A DNA stretch of 31,323 nt from a virus (Duplodnaviria; Caudoviricetes): the IMG/VR virus record IMGVR_UViG_3300027732_000082, positions 1 through 31,323 of that record. One strand, written 5' to 3'. The notes under the pieces are model-generated. The model searched no databases, had not been told where the DNA came from, and saw only the letters and a program-made list of their open reading frames with translations. Position numbers and translations under genes: made by a program. Shown in pieces: positions 28,238 to 31,323 of the stretch (the first letter of the stretch is position 1; every line of letters starts with the position of its first letter).

Positions 28238-29992
28238 ATGGCATTAACTAGACCAAAATACAGTAACTTTGTTGACAACGATTTTAAGAATAGTTGCCGC
28301 GTAGTTACAACTACCAGTATCACCCTTGCAGGAGGAGCTCCACTCACATACGATGGAGTTACCCTGGCTGCAGGTGATCGTGTACTGGTAGCTGGACAAG
28401 ATACAGGCAGTCAAAATGGTATCTATATAGTAGCTACGCTGGGCACAGGCAGCGATGGCACCTGGTCAAGAAGTTTTGATGCAAGCGACGGTTCTAGGCT
28501 GAGTGCAGGCGCACAGATCACTATCAGTGAAGGCACATATGGTGGTAAACTCTGGCGCCTAAGCACTCCTGATCCTATCACAATTGGATCCACCAGCCTT
28601 ACATTCCTGGACGGTGCTGCTATTGCAGGCGGGTCTGATAAACAGATACAGTTTAACAACAGTGGATCTTTGCAGGGTATCAGCACCCTTACCTATATAT
28701 CTGCTAACACTTCAGTGGTGTCATCTGGTAATGTGTTTGCGGCAACACTGTACACAAACCAACTGCGCTGGGCAGCAAACTCACAATCAATCACACTGAC
28801 TGGTAATATCAATCCAGTGGTGTATATTGGTAACACCGTGATTGGCACCAGTGTAACACTTGTAGATAGTTTTTCTGCCGCAGGTAATACCATGGTTACC
28901 TGGACCACAGTTAGCAAAGACACAAATAACACTCGATACAAAAAATCCACACTGGATTCCTTTAACGATGGATCTAGCATAAGCTTCACAGAGTCTGCAA
29001 TCATTCGATCTGATTCTGCATACTCAGTTGCTACATTCACCAGCAATATTACCAATGGTACGATAAATCTCTGGGCCGCGGGCGACAGTGCATCAGTTAC
29101 CGTTACCTATGAGCGACGAGTGCTAGGATCATTTAGCCCAACTGGTTATATCAATAACTTTGGTCCAATTGGCCCAGCTGGTAGTATTGCAGAAACCAGT
29201 AGTAACATCGTTACCACAGCAACCAGTGCCGCTACCAGCACCACAACCGGTGCTCTACAGGTAGCAGGTGGCGCAGGTATTGCTGGCAACTTGTATACAG
29301 GCGGCAATCTAGTGGTTGGTGCTAATCTGACTGTACTAGGAAATCTAATAGTCCAAGGCGAAGTCACAACCTTAAACACCACGATACTGGCAATTGAAGA
29401 TTTGAACATCACCGTTGCTAAAGATGCAGTTTCGTCGGCAGCAGCTGATGGCGCTGGTATAACTGTGGGTGGCGCAGGAGCAACATTTAATTATGTTGCA
29501 TCAACAGATGCCTGGACGTCTAACAAAAATATATACGCTTCTACTTTTTATACCGGTGGCGCCACCAAGTGGTCTGGCAACAGTGCGGTATATCGGTCAG
29601 GTATCAATTACACTCCATCAGCCACAGCACCTATCAATTCCAACTATGGTGACCAGTGGTATGACACCACAACAGACATTTTATACGAATGGCAAACAGC
29701 CGACGGAGTATACGGATTCTGGATTGACATTGGTAGCCTGGCTATCGTGGCCAATGCTAATCTATCGGCAACTACGTTTGCTTCAATTACCACCGGTAAT
29801 ATCTCAGCTGGTAATCTGTCTTTATCCGCTAACAGTTTCTTAAAATTGTCCACTTTTACAACGGCTAATTTATTAACAATTACCGGGCAAGTAGGATGGG
29901 TAACATCTATCAGCACCACTGGCAAATTGGTTTATTGGGACGTATCAAACACCAGATGGAGTTATGTAGCAGATGACACAGCAGTAGCGTGA
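28238..29992 (+). CDS. Tail fibre-like virion structural protein
   Basis: 584 aa. N-terminal DGVTL..GDRVLV.GQ....QNGIY.V domain common in phage fibres, a GSDKQIQFNNSG motif and a GALQVAGGAGIAGNL repeat. Confidence 0.78.
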   Translation: MALTRPKYSNFVDNDFKNSCRVVTTTSITLAGGAPLTYDGVTLAAGDRVLVAGQDTGSQNGIYIVATLGTGSDGTWSRSFDASDGSRLSAGAQITISEGTYGGKLWRLSTPDPITIGSTSLTFLDGAAIAGGSDKQIQFNNSGSLQGISTLTYISANTSVVSSGNVFAATLYTNQLRWAANSQSITLTGNINPVVYIGNTVIGTSVTLVDSFSAAGNTMVTWTTVSKDTNNTRYKKSTLDSFNDGSSISFTESAIIRSDSAYSVATFTSNITNGTINLWAAGDSASVTVTYERRVLGSFSPTGYINNFGPIGPAGSIAETSSNIVTTATSAATSTTTGALQVAGGAGIAGNLYTGGNLVVGANLTVLGNLIVQGEVTTLNTTILAIEDLNITVAKDAVSSAAADGAGITVGGAGATFNYVASTDAWTSNKNIYASTFYTGGATKWSGNSAVYRSGINYTPSATAPINSNYGDQWYDTTTDILYEWQTADGVYGFWIDIGSLAIVANANLSATTFASITTGNISAGNLSLSANSFLKLSTFTTANLLTITGQVGWVTSISTTGKLVYWDVSNTRWSYVADDTAVA

Positions 29993-29998
29993 TCACAG

Positions 29999-30004
29999 TA
30001 AATA
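29999..30004 (+). promoter_or_regulatory. Late promoter core TAAATA
   Basis: GTAAATA ends 16 nt before ATG 30021. Confidence 0.6.
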
Positions 30005-30020
30005 CTAAAAAGGCGCAAGA

Positions 30021-30230
30021 ATGGCATTTCCAACATCACCAGTTAACGGACAACAAGCTACAGTAAACGGCATCACCTATGTATACGTAAGTACCAAGAA
30101 TGCCTGGAACAGGGCCACAGGATCTTTTTCAGTGATTGGTGATATTACTCTAGCCAATGTTTCGTATCAAGCAAATTCAGCTATTCCAAAAAGCTATGCT
30201 GACTCAATCGCAGTGATTTTTGGGGTCTAA
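30021..30230 (+). CDS. Small virion protein, paralogous C-terminus to 21804-21989
   Basis: 69 aa with an N-terminal FPTSP.NGQ...NGITY.Y motif, ending SYQANSAIPKSYADSIAVIFGV. Confidence 0.75.
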   Translation: MAFPTSPVNGQQATVNGITYVYVSTKNAWNRATGSFSVIGDITLANVSYQANSAIPKSYADSIAVIFGV

Positions 30231-30245
30231 CAAGGTAAATACATC

Positions 30246-30983
30246 ATGCAAAAAATAAAACAAATGTTTCGTAAAGACTATGCAGGTGAGCAGATAACAA
30301 CCAGCATGACCTGGGAAAATAGCAAATGGAATCCTGCAAAAGAATTCATTTCAAACCGTATCGACAATCAACAAACTTCCAAACGTGCGGCAGTGATTGG
30401 TAACGGTAGCACTCGTGCTAATTATGAATTGTATCTGCTGAAAAATCATCGAGGTGGACCATTGGGATCTGGCGCATTACAGACCTATGGATGTAACGCA
30501 TTCTACAGAGATTTTACTCCAACTTTTCTTGTTGCAACTGGAACAGAAATAGCTGAAGAAATTTCACAAACCAGTTATCCAGCTGACCATATTGTTTATG
30601 CAAATGCTGAAATTGTTGCTCGTTATCCCGGTATGTTCTATTTGATTCCACAAGACCTGCATTATAATTCGGGTGCTCTGGCAGCTTACCTGGCTTGTTT
30701 TGACGGACACGAAAAGGTGTACATGCTAGGATTTGATGGCAGTGCAGGCGCAAACCACAACAACAACATCTATGCAGGAACAAATGCATATGGTCCCAAG
30801 GATCAAGACTATGCTGATACCATGTGGGTCAAGACCCTAGATGCAATCATGGACGCATATCCTGGCACAGAATTTATTAGAGTGATGCCCAATGCAAGAT
30901 ACTATTGTCCAGGCACATGGTCTGCAAAATCTAACTTTAGACAAATAGCCTGGCAAGATTTTGCACTAGAAGCAGACCTATAA
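30246..30983 (+). CDS. Putative glycosyltransferase-fold protein (CstII/GT42- or Maf/DUF115-like)
   Basis: AAVIGNGSTR, TYGCNAFYRDF.PTFLVA and NSGALAAYLA..DGH.KVYMLGFDG match the sialyltransferase-like Rossmann pattern. GTAAATA at 30235-30241. Confidence 0.65.
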   Translation: MQKIKQMFRKDYAGEQITTSMTWENSKWNPAKEFISNRIDNQQTSKRAAVIGNGSTRANYELYLLKNHRGGPLGSGALQTYGCNAFYRDFTPTFLVATGTEIAEEISQTSYPADHIVYANAEIVARYPGMFYLIPQDLHYNSGALAAYLACFDGHEKVYMLGFDGSAGANHNNNIYAGTNAYGPKDQDYADTMWVKTLDAIMDAYPGTEFIRVMPNARYYCPGTWSAKSNFRQIAWQDFALEADL

Positions 30984-31322
30984 TACTTTTTCTAGAGTGC
31001 GTATTTTTTCAACTACAGCACTAAATTTAAACGTTCTCCACACACCGGGATGCAACGGTTTAGGATAGTTATCCAGTGGCACCCAGCAGTAACCGTTATG
31101 CTCGTGATTTAGTACAGGAATAAACTCTTCTTCCACTGGAATCAAAAAAGTATGATACACAAATCGTTGATCTTCGCTGGTGAATTGCTCCAGCGGAATA
31201 ACCTTGGAGTTGGATAGGTCAACTCCAATTTCTTCTGTGATTTCTCGGTGCAGTGCTGAGATTACAGTTTCAGGTTGATCCACTCCGCCACCAACTAACC
31301 CCCAGGAATTCTTATGACGCTT
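30978..31322 (-). CDS. Nudix hydrolase, 5'-truncated by the window edge
   Basis: Frame stays open past 31283 to the edge: KRHKNSWGLVGGGVDQPETVISALHREITEEIG holds a perfect Nudix box GX5EX7REUXEEXG. Confidence 0.92.
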   Translation of the reverse strand, partial: KRHKNSWGLVGGGVDQPETVISALHREITEEIGVDLSNSKVIPLEQFTSEDQRFVYHTFLIPVEEEFIPVLNHEHNGYCWVPLDNYPKPLHPGVWRTFKFSAVVEKIRTLEKVL

Positions 31323-31323
31323 C

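Noticed and set aside
22019-29992. Diversity-generating retroelement or invertible cassette acting on fibre genes
   Set aside because: No reverse transcriptase or recombinase is present, and I saw no near-identical nucleotide repeat pair. Repeats are diverged and protein-level only.
1-31323. Stop-codon reassignment as seen in some large phages
   Set aside because: All hallmark genes are full length under the standard code, with high coding density.

Overview
A 31.3-kb fragment of a large T4-like myovirus genome (standard genetic code, host not determinable). It begins with the 3' part of a gp46/SbcC-Rad50 recombination ATPase and an Hjc-like PD-(D/E)XK resolvase. Next comes a ~470-nt non-coding stretch that folds into an ornate multi-hairpin RNA on the + strand. 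A minus-strand gp26-like gene and a small downstream ORF are joined by a canonical -1 slippery site and lie divergent from a tape-measure-like gene. The head module follows (portal gp20, core proteins, protease gp21, scaffold gp22, major capsid gp23), then ~17 kb of modular fibre/virion structural genes, a CstII/Maf-like glycosyltransferase-fold gene and a truncated Nudix hydrolase. Most structural transcription units carry a T4-late-type TAAATA promoter core. The strongest novelty candidates are the large structured RNA (1690-2155), the predicted G/GT-style frameshift (2392-2398) and a compact structured leader after the capsid gene (13171-13245). All protein calls come from motif recognition by eye; no searches were run.
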